Source of the DNA: Pecten maximus
Lineage: Eukaryota
Length of the DNA: 64,000 nt
Assembly: GCF_902652985.1 (NCBI RefSeq)
Contig: NC_047025.1
Location: 6,572,001 to 6,636,000 of the forward strand
Direction: 5' to 3'
This document shows, in pieces, positions 50,048-64,000 of this stretch. A program made the translations under genes and the position numbers. The notes beneath the pieces were generated by a model, which saw only the letters and a list, made by a program, of their open reading frames with translations, was not told the DNA's origin and made no database searches. Positions within the stretch are counted from its first letter, which is position 1. The number at the start of each line of letters is the position of its first letter.

Positions 50048-51194
50048 TAATATATGGAAATTTTTAAGATTCTGTCACTCAAGAACAACCTAAAGTGAAG
50101 ATATATAGATCATTGGTGTTGGTTACTGAGAAAGACCAAGCATGGTTGGTGGAGGGACTAAAATGATTATTGTTAATATTTATATAATAATCATGGTAAG
50201 CAATTAATTATATATAGATGGGGTTCGCAAATACTTTCATCTATTTTCTTGGATATTATCAGCAATTATTAACAGTGTACCATTTTATAAAGTTTATTCA
50301 TTTCAACCCAAAGAAACTTGAGTGGACTCGGCCATTCATTCATCATCGGAAGTCCAATATGTTCCGTAGGGGTGAAAGGGTAAGGTATTTTGATATCAGG
50401 TTTGATGCTGATTGACTTGGTGTTTTTCTGACGGTGTAAAGTTCTTTGTATCTTTTAAAGTCGCAGAAACTATTTTGTTACCTTTTCAGAAGTGGCAATG
50501 TTGGTGTAAACATTTCATTTTATAGTTTTATATCTAGATCCTTTGCCCAAACAATATGTTAGTGAAACTTAATCAAATTTGATATGTTGATAGTTAGTTC
50601 ACATTAAGAACCTATCAACACGTTTGCTGAGTACTATCCAGATGTAATGGTCCAGGGAAGTTTCGTGTCTAGCCCAGTTTCTCAGGAAGGTACCTGTGGT
50701 TTTCCACCAACTCTTAAGATATTGTGGTTTGGACATCTCAACCCACTACACTATAGATTCCTTTTATGTGTGTTTTGGGGTTAAAAACCTTGATAGTAAT
50801 GCAACGCTTCAATATGTAAACGTGTATTGATTATACATAAGGTGCTTACTAATTGCTTAAATAAGTTCAAATTACTCGGAAGTTTTTTCAGTAGTTTTTG
50901 TGAAAATGTGCATAAATCTGAAGTAAAATATGGTGTTTGTTTAAAATCTTGTCAAACATTCATGTAAGACTCTAAAGTTAATGATCAACTACCTTTTTAG
51001 TAATTCAAAAGCTTTTCATAGTGTATCTTAATATTTTCCTTTATATAGACTGAGGTGTTTGTTGAAAGGACACATCTTCACTAGTGCCACTTCATTTGTG
51101 ACGTGTATTGTTTTAATCAATTGGTAATATAAATTTGCCAACGGCTTCTGTTGCCTACAAAAAGAAATGAAACATACAAATGTATAAAATTATT

Positions 51195-51662
51195 TGATCA
51201 CTTAATTAATACCTTGTATGATATTATTTGATCATTTAATACCTTGTTTGATATTATTTGATCATTTAATACCTTGTATGATGATATCATTTGATCATTT
51301 AATACCTGGTATGATATCATTTGATCATTGAATACCATGTATAATGTCTTTTGATAATGATTTGATACCTTGTATGATATTATTTGATTATGAATTTTTA
51401 CCTTGCATGATAACATTTGATCATTTAATACCTGGTATGATATCATTTGATCATTTAATACCTTGTATGATGATATCATTTGATCATTGAATACCATGTA
51501 CAGTATAATGTCTTTTGATAATGATTTAATACCTTGTCTGATATCATTTGATTATGATTTTTTACCTTGCATGATAACATTTGATCATTTAATACCTTGT
51601 ATGATAACATTTGATCATTTAATACCTGGTATGATATCATTTGATCATTTAATACCTTGTAT
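51195..51662. repeat. Minisatellite, ~30 bp unit (GATCATTTAATACCTTGTATGATATCATTT)
   Basis: Directly visible; it generates the repetitive pseudo-ORFs 51198-51497 and 51487-51771. Confidence 0.85.
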
Positions 51663-52335
51663 CATGAAATGTTCTTGCACGTGTCAAGACTACAAAATGT
51701 TTATGTATTGTTTGTCTTCGGTAGAAATTACAATTCGTGACGTTTTTGCGCTGAAATCAATCTTTATCTAGAGTGAAATCCAGATGAAATGTGTTTTGTA
51801 TGTTAACTGTTTACATATACTGTTGACTTGTTTATTTACTGATGTGCATGCTTGTTTACAAACCAATTGTTCTGTACCCAAATGCCAATGACCGTGGGTT
51901 GAAAACCGAAAGTTCTATTGAAACATAGTACATATTCGAAGTATTCTTCAATCTAGATTATTGTTAGATTCTAATAAAACTGGTCACATTTTTATTATGA
52001 GTATGATGTTATTACTATTTTTTTAAGAATTAAGTGGGTGTGGTTTGTGTTTCCCTGCTTAAGTCATATGCTGGTTTCGTGTTGTTTTATTGTATTCCTT
52101 CAAGTATTTTGAACTTCTTTATTTAGACATATATTAAAACACCAATACTTGAAATTACAATTTGTCTGTGTAAAGTAATTCTTAATGCACACATATTTGT
52201 GTAGTTTGTACATTGTAAAACAGTGCATTAGATGAAATTTTATGTGAAGCGGGACCGTAATAGGCTTCACACGTTTGTCTTAATAACACTAAAAAGAACT
52301 CGTTTTCAGCAAGAAGAAACCATAATATGTTTATT

Positions 52336-55300
52336 TTATTTTTTCCCGCCACAAGAAACTCTAGCATGTATGCCACTGGCTTTACATTGACATCCGTTGT
52401 AATATTTGTTTCTGTACTTGACTGTGAAACCTTTTTCATCGATTTGTCGGCATCGCCCATTCACATCCTTACATACTGAAAATAGAAAAGCGCTATATGC
52501 ATCTAATTGGGGATAAGTAATATGAATATAATTCGAATGACTCAATGCGCATGACATAACTTGATACATGTATCATCGACCTTGTAAATATACTGGTAAT
52601 ATGAAAATGGAATTAAGTCCTGCTTGAAACAACCATTCTTATTGGCTAAAATGTGTTATGCATGCACAATAACTAAAAATGAGACTGATAGTTGAAACGT
52701 TGTCTTTTATTGGCTTGGAGAATTGCAATTTTCCGTTGAAAAAAAATGTTGTCATATCAAATAATTACATTTAGTTCATTTCAAGAATTCATAATGACAA
52801 CAGCAAGGGCATATTGATAGAAAGAAATTGTTGAGGAATAAAATGTGGTTTGTTTTATAGTTCAAGTTACGACTTCGTGTAATCAATTATAAGAATAGTG
52901 TTATATCTGCATGAAGAAAATCCCAAAATTGACGCATTCGTTCAATGTATGTCTTTTGTAAATAGATATGGACAACCTGTCTCCTGATAATCTGTCATTG
53001 CACCAAAATTGATGTAAACTTTTACTCATTTTACAAAAATTGCGAACTAAGTTAAATTATCTTTTAAATATTGAATATAGGATGTCTTATTGTTAGATAT
53101 AATGGAGAACCTACGTAGTAGGGCAGGTGACCCCATACCTATTCATATCGGGTCAGGGAATCGAAACCCTGTCGCCTGTGTAAAATGTTATTGTGTTACC
53201 ATTGTGTCCCCGACCCCTCATCTATGTGATCTGATACATTAGTATAAGTATATAAACTTACAATATCGAGCGACACTTGGTTTATAGCCGCCCCTTTCAC
53301 AGGTGACACACACAAGCATGGCACATCCATTTCTGAAGACATGTTCCCATTCCTCGCCAGGCTTCCTACATTCACCTGTACGTGGGTCCTTGCAACCTGG
53401 GAAAACATGAGAAAATGTTAGCTGACAAATACTATCACTGTAATTGATCTAGGAGATACAAAAAGAAATCAAAATGGAATCATTAGTAATATATATATAG
53501 AACATGTCATAACATATATATGCTGAATAAAACAGCTGTTTAATCATTGTGGGGACTTGTCCCCCCAAAAAAAAGAAAAAAAGAGGGCAAAACACTATTA
53601 TATGACCCAACGTTTTCTTGCCATCATTTTTTTTTGCGTTTTTTATCGGGTGCGAAACTTTCATAATTAATTTCAAATTTCCATGAGGATTCAGACTTAA
53701 CAGGTATGGAATATGTGTTGTTTACACTTTAATACAAGGTGAGATGACATCTATTGTTTAAATATGGCTACACAATCGGTAAATTAAGACTCGATGGTCT
53801 TACTTCCAACTCTTAATCCCACGTATTTCGGTAAAACAAGTTTTTTCTCTCTCAAAAACTGATTTACTACTGTCTATTGGCTCATCATAAGTTATTGGAA
53901 TGAATTCGGCACTAAAGCTGCTGAACTATGTACGTTTTCAATGTACGTATTCTTTTTGTTTGATTATTTCTAATTCATTGCCTGTGTTACCTGCTGGTTT
54001 TGTCCGTATAGACCTACTATAACGGCCATTTGACGTAGAAACCAGACATGTCCTAGTTAGACAGTTTCCTGCCGACCATTCCTCGTTTGCCTTCCTACAT
54101 TTTCCCTGGTACATGCATCCTTTAAATGGAAAACCACAATATTAACACATTTAATTAAAATGAATACATATTGATTGTCCGGCTAGCCATTCAGTTCATT
54201 TTCCTATCACGTACATGTATGGCACTAGCTTTGATGTTCAGAGTCGAAGTCAAGGTATTGACTGCATGACATTATTTTAAACTCATGTGAAGGTAGTTTT
54301 GCTTTCCATTTTGTAACCAACAAAATAAAATAAAAATCTCCAGAATCAACCAGGTTTATGGCAGTAAGTGGAGGTTCTGGAAATAAATCGTTCAATCATT
54401 GACTGTAGGGAGAAAATATTATAATGTTCGCTTTGTCACCATTCAATTTTTTCATTAAGATAACATTTAATGAAAGAGTATGCAAGAGCTGTTATGGATT
54501 TCAAGTACAAATAATTTGCTTACATAGGGCTGGGGGCTTGAGAACGAGAATAAGATGGAGGTGCTAAGTATTTAGAGTAAAAACAAGTATCTACTATATA
54601 GACATCGAGGCAGACTGCTACTTAGGAAAACGTAAATTAACTGACAAAATAATGGACGTGCTAAGATAACCTATGTATAAGGCGATAACCAAATGTCTTC
54701 TACAATGTGAGTTTTTTTCTCTTCGTGTCTCGTTGGTTACATTAGCACAACATTAGGACAGAATAATGTGGGGTTCATGATGAACAATGAACGTGTCCCC
54801 TGGATTTTACTTTAGCAAATCTTCATATGTATGTATTTACTCCAAAGTAAGTAAACGCCTTTCACCCCAATGTGCACATGAAATATAAATGCTGACATGG
54901 TTTTAATTTGTTTGATTGTTTGTTTGGCAACAATTGATGACCATTGCTTTTGCACTTACCCATTGAAGATGCCACGATCCGTGGAGTGGTTTTTCCGCTA
55001 GGCAATTTGTAAGAAATGCATTTTGACGTCATGCATCTCGAATCATCGTTCCATTCCGATTCAATAGACCTGCACACTCCATCGTTACTTTTGCATTCTA
55101 TCATGAAAACGATAGCAAAAGTACAATGTTAGGCATGGCAATAGCAAATAGCGATATCTGCGCTTTACCTGCAGTATTAATCATGTATCATTATATACTA
55201 GAACTACAACTAGAATTATATGTGGAATCTTGCTGTCTGTAGCAATATTGAGCAAGAAACGACGGAAGAAGTTGATAGTGTTATCCGCATGTTTTTCCAG

Positions 55301-58300
55301 AAGAAAATCAGTTCTTAGTGTTAGAATTCCAAATATAATGTCAAACTCTGATCGATAACACAATCCATCACCAAACTTCCATAAAATGTTAAGTAAATGA
55401 AAATATCAATAAAATATTTGGCAACATAGGAAGAAAAAAAAGAGAAATAGAGAAACTACCAATACGGGTACGAATTGGTAAATACATAATATGCTTTTTT
55501 TCTCACATTTTGAAACCAATTAGAAATCTCCAACTTTAATGTAGCTGTTCAAACTAGTTAAAATTATTACTCTTAAGAACTATTCTGAATTTGAAATGCA
55601 TCAGACGTACCAGGTAACAACAGATAATGGGATCTGATCTTGACGACAGAGCTCCCAATAAAGTAGAAATGCGGATAATCCAATTAAAGTTGCTTTATCA
55701 ATGATATTGGAAAGTTGCTCATCGAGAGTTCAGGATGACAGGTTTAGTTTGATACCACAGGCAATTGGATAGACTGGCCCATTGTCTCTAGAATATTTTG
55801 ATTATAAGTAAAATTCAGCTTCATGATTTTGGTCTCTAGGGTATGTCTGCTTCCAAGTTTCAAAGTAGGGAGGGGCAGATAATCTAGTATTATAATTTAG
55901 CAGAACAATTCTTAATATAAACTGGCTGGTAGCAAGTCTAGCAATTGGAGTTAAGTCATACTTTGTGACCTAAACTTCAGTAAAGGTGTACGGGTAGGGT
56001 TGTTGTCGTCACAAGTGTATGTGGTACAGCTTTCTTCGATCGATTCCCCCACGGCTATACAATTTCCTTTGAAGTCCCTACATGCTGAAAGACAAAAACA
56101 ACGCAACAGTTTGAGTTGACAATAAACGCAACAGAATATATGTAATATTTCTTCGTATGGCTTACCCTGTCGGAACACATGGTCTTATTCTCTTTGTATT
56201 TTGTAAATATATATCGGACTTCTACCCTGTTGTATTTTGTCCTTGTTTTATTGATTTTGATTTAGACTAACGGTTTTCTTATTATATCAGTATTCTGTGT
56301 TGTTTTCTAATGCTCTTTAATGGCGTTTAAATCATCGCAATAGATCATATTGGTATCCATTGTCTTTATTTAATTTCATGGCTCAGTAAACGAAAACATC
56401 AACTTTAGGTGACCTGTTTTAATTCATACCGACGAACTTGAAGTAAAGAATACAATTCTTACACATGAAAGCGAATCCCTAACTTCAAATCGCGGAAAGG
56501 AGGTAAAAGGACTGTCGACATATTAACGAAACCATAACCACATCCCCCCCCCCCCCCTCCTTATAATACAATCAGTGCGTCTCTTTGTCGAAAACGACGA
56601 ATCGATACTACATTGTACGTTCTCAGTGTTAGAATTAAGGTTGTGACAATGTCGGGATAGAGGTTGTGACAATGTAAGAATTGCGATTGTGACAATGTAA
56701 GAACTAAGGTTGTGACAATGTAAGAACTAAGGTTGTGACAATGTTAGAACTGAGGTTGTGACAATGTAAGAATCGAGGTTGTGACATTGTAAGGATCGAG
56801 GTTGTGACAATGTAAGAACTAAGGTTGTGACAATGTCGGAATAGAGGTTGTGACAATGTAAGAATTGCGATTGTGACAATGTAAGAACTAAGGTTGTGAC
56901 AATGTAAGAACTAAGGTTGTGACAATGTTAGAACTGAGGTTGTGACAATGTAAGAATCGAGGTTGTGACAATGTTAGAACTTAGGTTGTGACAATGTTAG
57001 AACTTAGATTGTGACAATGTAAGAACTAAGGTTGTGACGATGTAAGAACTGAGGTTGTGACAATGTAAGAATAAAGGTTGTGACAATGTAAGAACTAAAG
57101 TTGTGACAATGTTAGAACTGAAGTTGTGACACAAAATGTATATCTGGATATGTATATATCATTGAAACAAATTAATGAATAAGTAGATTTTTTTAGGGTT
57201 TTGATTGCATTCATAAATTGATAGACTTACCACGTTTGTATGGATCCATTCGGGCACTATATCCGTTGTCAGGAGTCCTCTTTACACTACATACATACTC
57301 AGAACATGACATATTGTGAAAACTTCCTTCATCAACACAGCTTCCACGGAACATACAACCTGCATAAAAGAACAGATATTTACAACTGTCATGTTGTATT
57401 GAAACTGGGAATCGACACTTCTCACGACTGCTTATATTCGATTTCGAACCTAACAATAATTTTATACCATATAGTAGTTTTATAGAGTTTTCATGTTATC
57501 ACTTACATATTCAACAGTCATGTCATATTTATTGGTATGGTAAACTTCACTTTGGGAAATGTTAGAAAAAACAATTGTAAATATTACAAATTACATTATG
57601 TATAAACCTGTGACGTTCATATCTACTATATAGTAATGATATACATATGTACTTTCTTTCTCTCAAGTAATAGGTATGTTGTGATTAAGGCAATTAATAT
57701 GTTTTTTATTCGTACCCATTTTTTGAATTTTCTTAGAAAACGTGTAGCTTGAACCTCGCTGTTCTTGTTCGCAGTAATATGTAGCACAATGTCGTCTGTC
57801 CTGGTAGGTGCCTCCCACATTCAAACAAGTGCCATCAGACATTGTACAAGCTAGTTACAACAAAGACGAAGAATGCCACATTTTTATTATATTATAAATA
57901 TATATTTCAAGTCTTTACAACAGTACAGTGTCTACCCAGGTTATCCTCTATTCGTACAAGCATGATATGCACGCATCCCCTTTGTCGTTCATTCAGAAAT
58001 CCAATGGACATGTTTCACCATTTTGTCCAGTATTAGGTATTATAAGAATCAGGTCAGAAACGCATCCATGGATAATTATAATTATTAGCTCATGATATTC
58101 ATAATTAACATAACTTACCAGGAGTATATACCCTTCTTATATAAAAATCTATAAACATCAAATGGTTCCTGAACAAAAAGGGTTCAAGTTTTTATTTTGT
58201 GAGGTACCTTATTTGGGTAAAAGCATGCTTGAGTAGTTATTACAATTGCAATAGGTTGAATTATTCCTATTTCAGACCTTGATCTTATAATTACCGATCT

Positions 58301-61300
58301 TTTAGATGCTCCAAAATCAAATTGCAAAATATAAGACTGACTTGTTCAAAATGTGTTTTGTTGATAATAAAGAAATATTCGAACTCTATATTACTATGAA
58401 CAGCTCTAGTTTTGGCATTCAGTAATTTTTTGATACATTCCAATGTACCAGTTTTCAGCATTATATGTTCAAAAAGGTCTAACTAACGAATATAATAGTC
58501 TACATTTATCACATACTGGAAAGTTGGCATCAACGAGGTTACGGAGCCCGACATTTTCATTTTGGATCCTACAGAAACAATCGTATTATCAAAATCGCTA
58601 CGAATGTTCTAACACTATTTGCAATCAATTTCCAAGGCTATATCAACCAATTTACCAATTTTAAGCTAAATAGGTGACTGCTTTTGCATTAGACAATGAT
58701 GTTCGTTTCCAGTGATTTGATTTTGTTTTCCTGCTCTGGTATGATTATATGTTAATATACATGTAACATACCTCCTGTATCGAGGCCCATGTGACAGGCG
58801 TATCCATTAGTACCCGACATACATCTCCGTAAAAAGCAGCCATCTTGAACTGTCTGGTCTATTTTATAGCATTTGTTCTTAAAACGACACACTAAAACAA
58901 TAGAGATTTAAAAAAATATTACAACATATTATTATTCTTTTATCATTTTAGAATAACTTTGAACAAATGTCTAATATGTAAATCGATCATCGGCCGCCTA
59001 AGTGAAATAGCAAATATGTTACCATTGTGTCAGCCGACCAACCAAATCGATTTTTCTATGAAAAAGTGATAGTGTAAAGATGCGAATATCATTGCACATA
59101 TGCATTCTTAATTGTCTACCTGAATTACTGTAAATCAACATGCTTTTTAATAGCGGGTATCTCATATCAGAGGTCGTAACATTATCTAACTTACTAGAAA
59201 CTAAATTCTTTATAAACAATCTGATTGATGTCCCATTCTTTTCCATAACACACTGCAGTATGTCACAGCCATGTCCCTTGAAGGCAGTGAAAGCTTCTTT
59301 GCATTCCCCATAGTAATTGCAAGCTATGAATATAAAACGTTATTAAATCAGACGAGATTTAGATCATTATTGCAAAACTGAAATTCATCTGCGTATGTTT
59401 AGCAAATCAAACTATCCTGCTAAGAACGAAGATTTTAATCAAAAAATGTATTTCGTGTCTTTTTGGAGGTACAGAAGCATATATAATATTTATGAATTAT
59501 GTGTATACAAAGTCTCGTATTGAATAAAAATTGTTGAAATCAAACATTAATCATTGATATTAGAATTGCATTTTATCGAAAAGTATTTGACAAGAATGGA
59601 TTACCTCCCTTTACAAACTCATTGCCACATCTAGTAGGCTGTCTGCGACACCTGTACGTGATGCAGTTCGTAGTGTAGGTTGTTCCTAGTGGAATACATC
59701 CTCCTTTTCCATCACTGCAGCCTGATACACAAAACAGAGAAATTATATACAGGAGCGATCTATTCCACATTTTTGTAAAAAAAAAATCTCAACCAATCAG
59801 AAAGCCGCATTCTGCGTACAAAAATGGAGAATTAATTATTGAATTGATTAACTACGTTTTCCGTTTTTTACAGATTCCATCTGATGGTATTATCTTATTA
59901 TTTGGTAAACTTGCTCTCTTTTCATAAAAAATGCACGTGACGTAAGTATGGTATTGTTAATGACGCACATATATCACAGGGATAAGATTTCGCGGTTGTC
60001 CAGACAAAACTGGGTTTCAGGTATTTAATTCAGGCCATTGCCGCCCTATGTATTCTGCAGTAAACACTCTTGTGTTTATAATGAATATTCGATGGGTATT
60101 GATGCGCGAAAATAAATATCCCGCGAATATTCAGTATAAAAGTGTTAATGTTTATATATGTGTTGCCTTGCTTGATTTTCTTGATGCGTTATTTTATTAT
60201 TTAATTCATAAATTTGTCGTTTTTTTGCGTTTTGTTAAATTGAAATTCGACACTAAAAAAACAAAACAGAAAAAAGCCCAAAAACTTCCAAAACAAAATA
60301 AACACGAATAAGTTAATATACCAATTAAATAACGAGGACACCCAGCTAAGGAATGGCAACCTTTCATATTGGCCTTAATGGAAATCAGACAATATGTCAA
60401 CATTTTTGCATTGCTCAAGACAACAAATGAATCATAGTTTTGTCATATTGTTTGAAAAAGAAAGGCTTACCTGATTTCTTCAAATAAAAATATGGCATGT
60501 ACGTTGTAGGATGCAATCGGCATTCAGTGATGTAACAACCGCGTGTCTTTGCGTAACCGATATCTCGACATATGCTTCCATCCTGGCAACCTGTTCAATT
60601 TCGAATAAAGACATGTGTTTTGTTTAATGAATAATTACTTCGAAGTCATTTCAAATACAACGCATACATCAAAATAAATAATAGAAAAAAAAATCACTGT
60701 GCTCTCCTATTTGAGATCTGGGATTTAGATAAGCATACCTCAATTTTCTTTTGAAAACGATTATATTAATTGTACCATAAAAACTGAAAACAGTTTAAAC
60801 TTTAACCTTCTATTAGAAATAGCTGGATTTTAAAAAATACAATGCCTCCCATGTCATTCGTTTTTTCACTTACACTTAATTTTCTCGTTTCAAACCAAAA
60901 TTTGATAAAAAAATAGCAATGACTGAATCAACATTCCACATCTTAAAATCAAATATTTATTTTGCATATAGTAACGGGAAACATGATTCCTACAATGCAA
61001 TTTTTGTTTTAAATTTAGGGTGAGTTTTGATGTCTTATGCCCCAAGAAGCATTCTTTATATATTGCATATTACAAAGCTGGCTTCTCTATTAATTTCCTC
61101 AAAGATACCATTAGTACAACAATGTAATATGGCTTAGTTTAATTACCTCTTTTGACTGATGTCACCACAAAGATTGTTTGTCCTCTTTCGTCTATATCCC
61201 TCTGACATATCTTCTCATCACATGTCTCCCCCTGAGTATCTATCCAGGTTTCGTTTTCCTTCCTACAAATGTCTCCGACACTGCATCCTACGTTTTTGAG

Positions 61301-63213
61301 ACAATGTAAGTATGTGCACATGTATCATCATAACAGTAACGGTAGCTATCAGTTAACAACATTAATTTCTCCTTTTAGTCTATACTGTACACGTGCATGT
61401 TTTAGCGGTGATTCTAGATTTGATTTAGCTAATTGTAGGCTCTGTACATCATTTACATTGTGGTAGAGCAAATTTGTGGCGGTGCCTAAACGTTTTTAAT
61501 GAGGATTTGCGCCAAAATAAGTACGCTGTCAGTATTATAAAAATATCCAGAATTCTATCATGACATTATACTACTATTGCTTATATTGCACCATTCATAA
61601 AATAAAACTATAATTGAATTCTCCATTTCTCTGAAGAAAACTTGATAACCTATCGTTATGATTATAAAACATTGTCGTGCTTTTGAACACTTTTTGACAG
61701 CTCCTTTACTTCATTTGTACAAAATCGAACAAATAAGGTAAGAAACCTATACACATCAAATGTGTTTAGGAAATCTAAAATCAGGTGTCAGTAAGTTTGA
61801 CGTAGTTTCCCTTTAAACATCTACATCTCTACGCTATCAACTTACCGCCTTCAAAAACCTCTAGGTATTCGATACTCTGTTCCTCCTTGCATTCGTATGT
61901 CACACAACCTGTTGTTAATTTCTCCCCAGCCTTGATAAAGTTTCCATCGTTATCTTGGCAACCTGAAAAAAATATCATACCCTTAATGGAGCCCGCAACT
62001 CTTATTGCAATATCATTAACTATAAGAATTCCTCGTGCATATTATTGAGGCTTGTTTAATCGCTTGGTCATATTTTTTCAAAGCTTAGCCAAATGTTGAG
62101 AGTATGATTTAATTATCTCATAGAAAATTACAACCTTTACAAAAAAAAAATATCAACGGGAACTAGAAGTGTCATTCAAGGTAAAAGAAGATGCAAAAGG
62201 TATTTTTTCTTTTCTATAATATCAACAATTGAATTTGAGTTATGACCTAAACACTTGTTTTCTGGTAGTTAGTACTTTGATTAGGGAAAAGTGTTTCTCG
62301 CGGATTAAAGGCAATATTTACCACAGTCCAACGGCGTGTAGAAGCAGAAATACAACATTGTATTGTTATCACAGTCTTTGATCTCGGGTATAGCGCCCTT
62401 CTTCTTTAAATGGACGCCGACATTCTCGTCATCAAACACAAAGTATTCCTTTTGGTATGTCATCCCTGAGAGGAAATAGAACAAGCAACATGCTCACTGA
62501 TTTACATCGAGTCATAGTATCCTGCATGTCGGCTAACCCGTTCGCGGCTTCAAATTTTTAGCGAAAAACCGACTTAAAACAGATAAGAATTGCGTTGAAT
62601 ATGAGCTATCACGATGCTTGCCCTTTCAAATCGTGTACAAAAACTACGACTGCTTAAACAATGGGCTAATGCACCTTGAACTTAGTCATCTGCATCAATC
62701 ATCAATCAAACTTTGTAGACACATGTACAACTGTATATGTTATATCAAACTATTGTGTCTTAGCCTTAGCTAGAGGTAAACAAATTAGTTGACGTTGCTA
62801 ACACATCAGATATAAGTCTGTTAAACACTATATCTAAAAATTAAGAAGAAAGAAATTATGTTGTGTGTTTATATTACTCTAACTAGGACTGAACACAAGT
62901 ACTGGTACTAAGCTAAAATGATGTTTAACTTAACGACAAGGTATAGGTATACATTTTCTTTAGATATTACACAATGCCAACACCAGCCTCTAACCTCTGA
63001 CGGTCTGACAGTCATCAGCGTTAGAAGCCATATACAAAGCGAAAGGCATTTCCTTTGGTAGTATAATAGGCACATCTATATCGCCGTCGGCACGACAACA
63101 AAAGTAAAACCCAGTGTTCTTCTGGTATTCGCCATCCGGAACGGTTCCTTTGACGTAATTGATCGATTCATATCCATTCAAATCATCCATCTCAATGTAT
63201 CCTTGTTTAAAAC
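52336..63213 (-). CDS. Apextrin C-terminal (ApeC) domain protein with 13 tandem Cys-rich modules (5' end outside window; ~678 aa visible)
   Basis: Exons 63213-62995 and 62465-62322 encode ApeC-like sequence (VPDGEYQKNTGFYFCCRADG..PIILPKEMPFAL..CQTVRGM..EYFVFDDEN..G.IP..NTMLYFCFY). Module exons 61962-61846, 61287-61147, 60590-60471, 59721-59605, 59323-59195, 58891-58772, 57850-57716, 57359-57231, 56084-55962, 55097-54960, 54119-53991, 53396-53262, 52475-52336(stop) all have GT-AG phase-1 junctions and join in frame. Confidence 0.8.
56637..57130. repeat. Minisatellite, 23 bp unit (GTTGTGACAATGTAAGAACTAAG), ~21 copies
   Basis: Directly visible; intronic in the ApeC gene. Confidence 0.9.
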
Positions 63214-64000
63214 CTGCAATGTTGGATGAAAACGTGCGTTCAGGAAAATCATTAAGAATTAGTCATTGCATAAGCATGGCAAAACTGTAGGAGTGAATCT
63301 TCGTCCTTAAGGTCCCAACATATCAAATACAAGTCACGATGTGTTTCTCAAATATATTAACATAATGCTAGTAAGAGCATCAATGCGCTTACCTTACTTA
63401 CCTATACATATGGCAACTGTGTTGACTACTTACATAGTATTATACTAATCATTTTATTTCGCACCTACGTTTTAGCTATACGTATTTGTGTGATTTATTG
63501 CTCTCAGCAAAGCGAATGAAGATTTATTGCATTCGTTCATGCTTCTAGAAGTGAAATCCACAATATCCTTATACAGTCTAAATTCGAAAATAGTACTGCC
63601 GCCGTGGGTATGGAATGGTAACAGAAACATTATGTTAATAAAGAAAATATCTTTTGTTAAAATTCAAGAAGGGTTGTTATTTTTATATATATTCATATCA
63701 GTGCACGATTGAAAGATATGCAAATTGTTCAACCAATTGAAAAAGTACTGTTATCTATGAATATAAAGGCATCAGGAATGGGTATGACGTTGTTTTTCCA
63801 TAAATATATAGTTTAAAAAGGATAGTTAAACTATCGTAAAAATGAGTTATGTAACTAAATCATGTTCTTTCATTGTTCGGCTTACTGTGAAAACTGAAAA
63901 AAGATAAAGAAATAAAAGCAAATTGTCATTGCCATATTCCGCACTAAGATATTTTAATTAATAGTGTAAGAAAATTTTTTTTTTCAAATTATGTGATTAC

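Noticed and set aside
51198-51771. Repetitive protein ORFs
   Set aside because: They are products of the 30-bp minisatellite on both strands, with no splice or start context.
56637-57130. Donor-derived origin of the 23-bp array (contains GTAAG)
   Set aside because: GTAAG is antisense to the host gene and the array starts ~100 bp from the junction.

Overview
AT-rich eukaryotic genomic DNA with spliceosomal introns. The gene families and repeat types point to a bivalve mollusc (inference). Most ORFs in the supplied track are exon fragments or noise, so I rebuilt genes by hand from GT-AG junctions and frame continuity. (1) 1-23 kb: four intact copies (+,+,-,+) of a 3-exon gene for a secreted 112-115 aa peptide with 12 Cys and a His/Pro-rich tail, resembling oyster Cvsi/MEROPS I84 inhibitors. 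The copies were amplified together with a dead Gypsy remnant. (2) 23.6-36.5 kb (-): an 11-exon RluA-family pseudouridine synthase (RPUSD2-like), head-to-head with (3) 37.3-48.2 kb (+): CLPTM1L with 17 coding exons. (4) 52.3-63.2 kb (-): the 3' part of a gene encoding an apextrin C-terminal (ApeC) domain followed by 13 Cys-rich modules, one exon each. Notable non-coding features: two minisatellites built from the genes' own 5' splice sites, a minimal hammerhead ribozyme in a sense intron, a tRNA-bearing solo-LTR-like element, a Helentron/HINE-like element carrying a 157-bp satellite, SINEs and MITEs.
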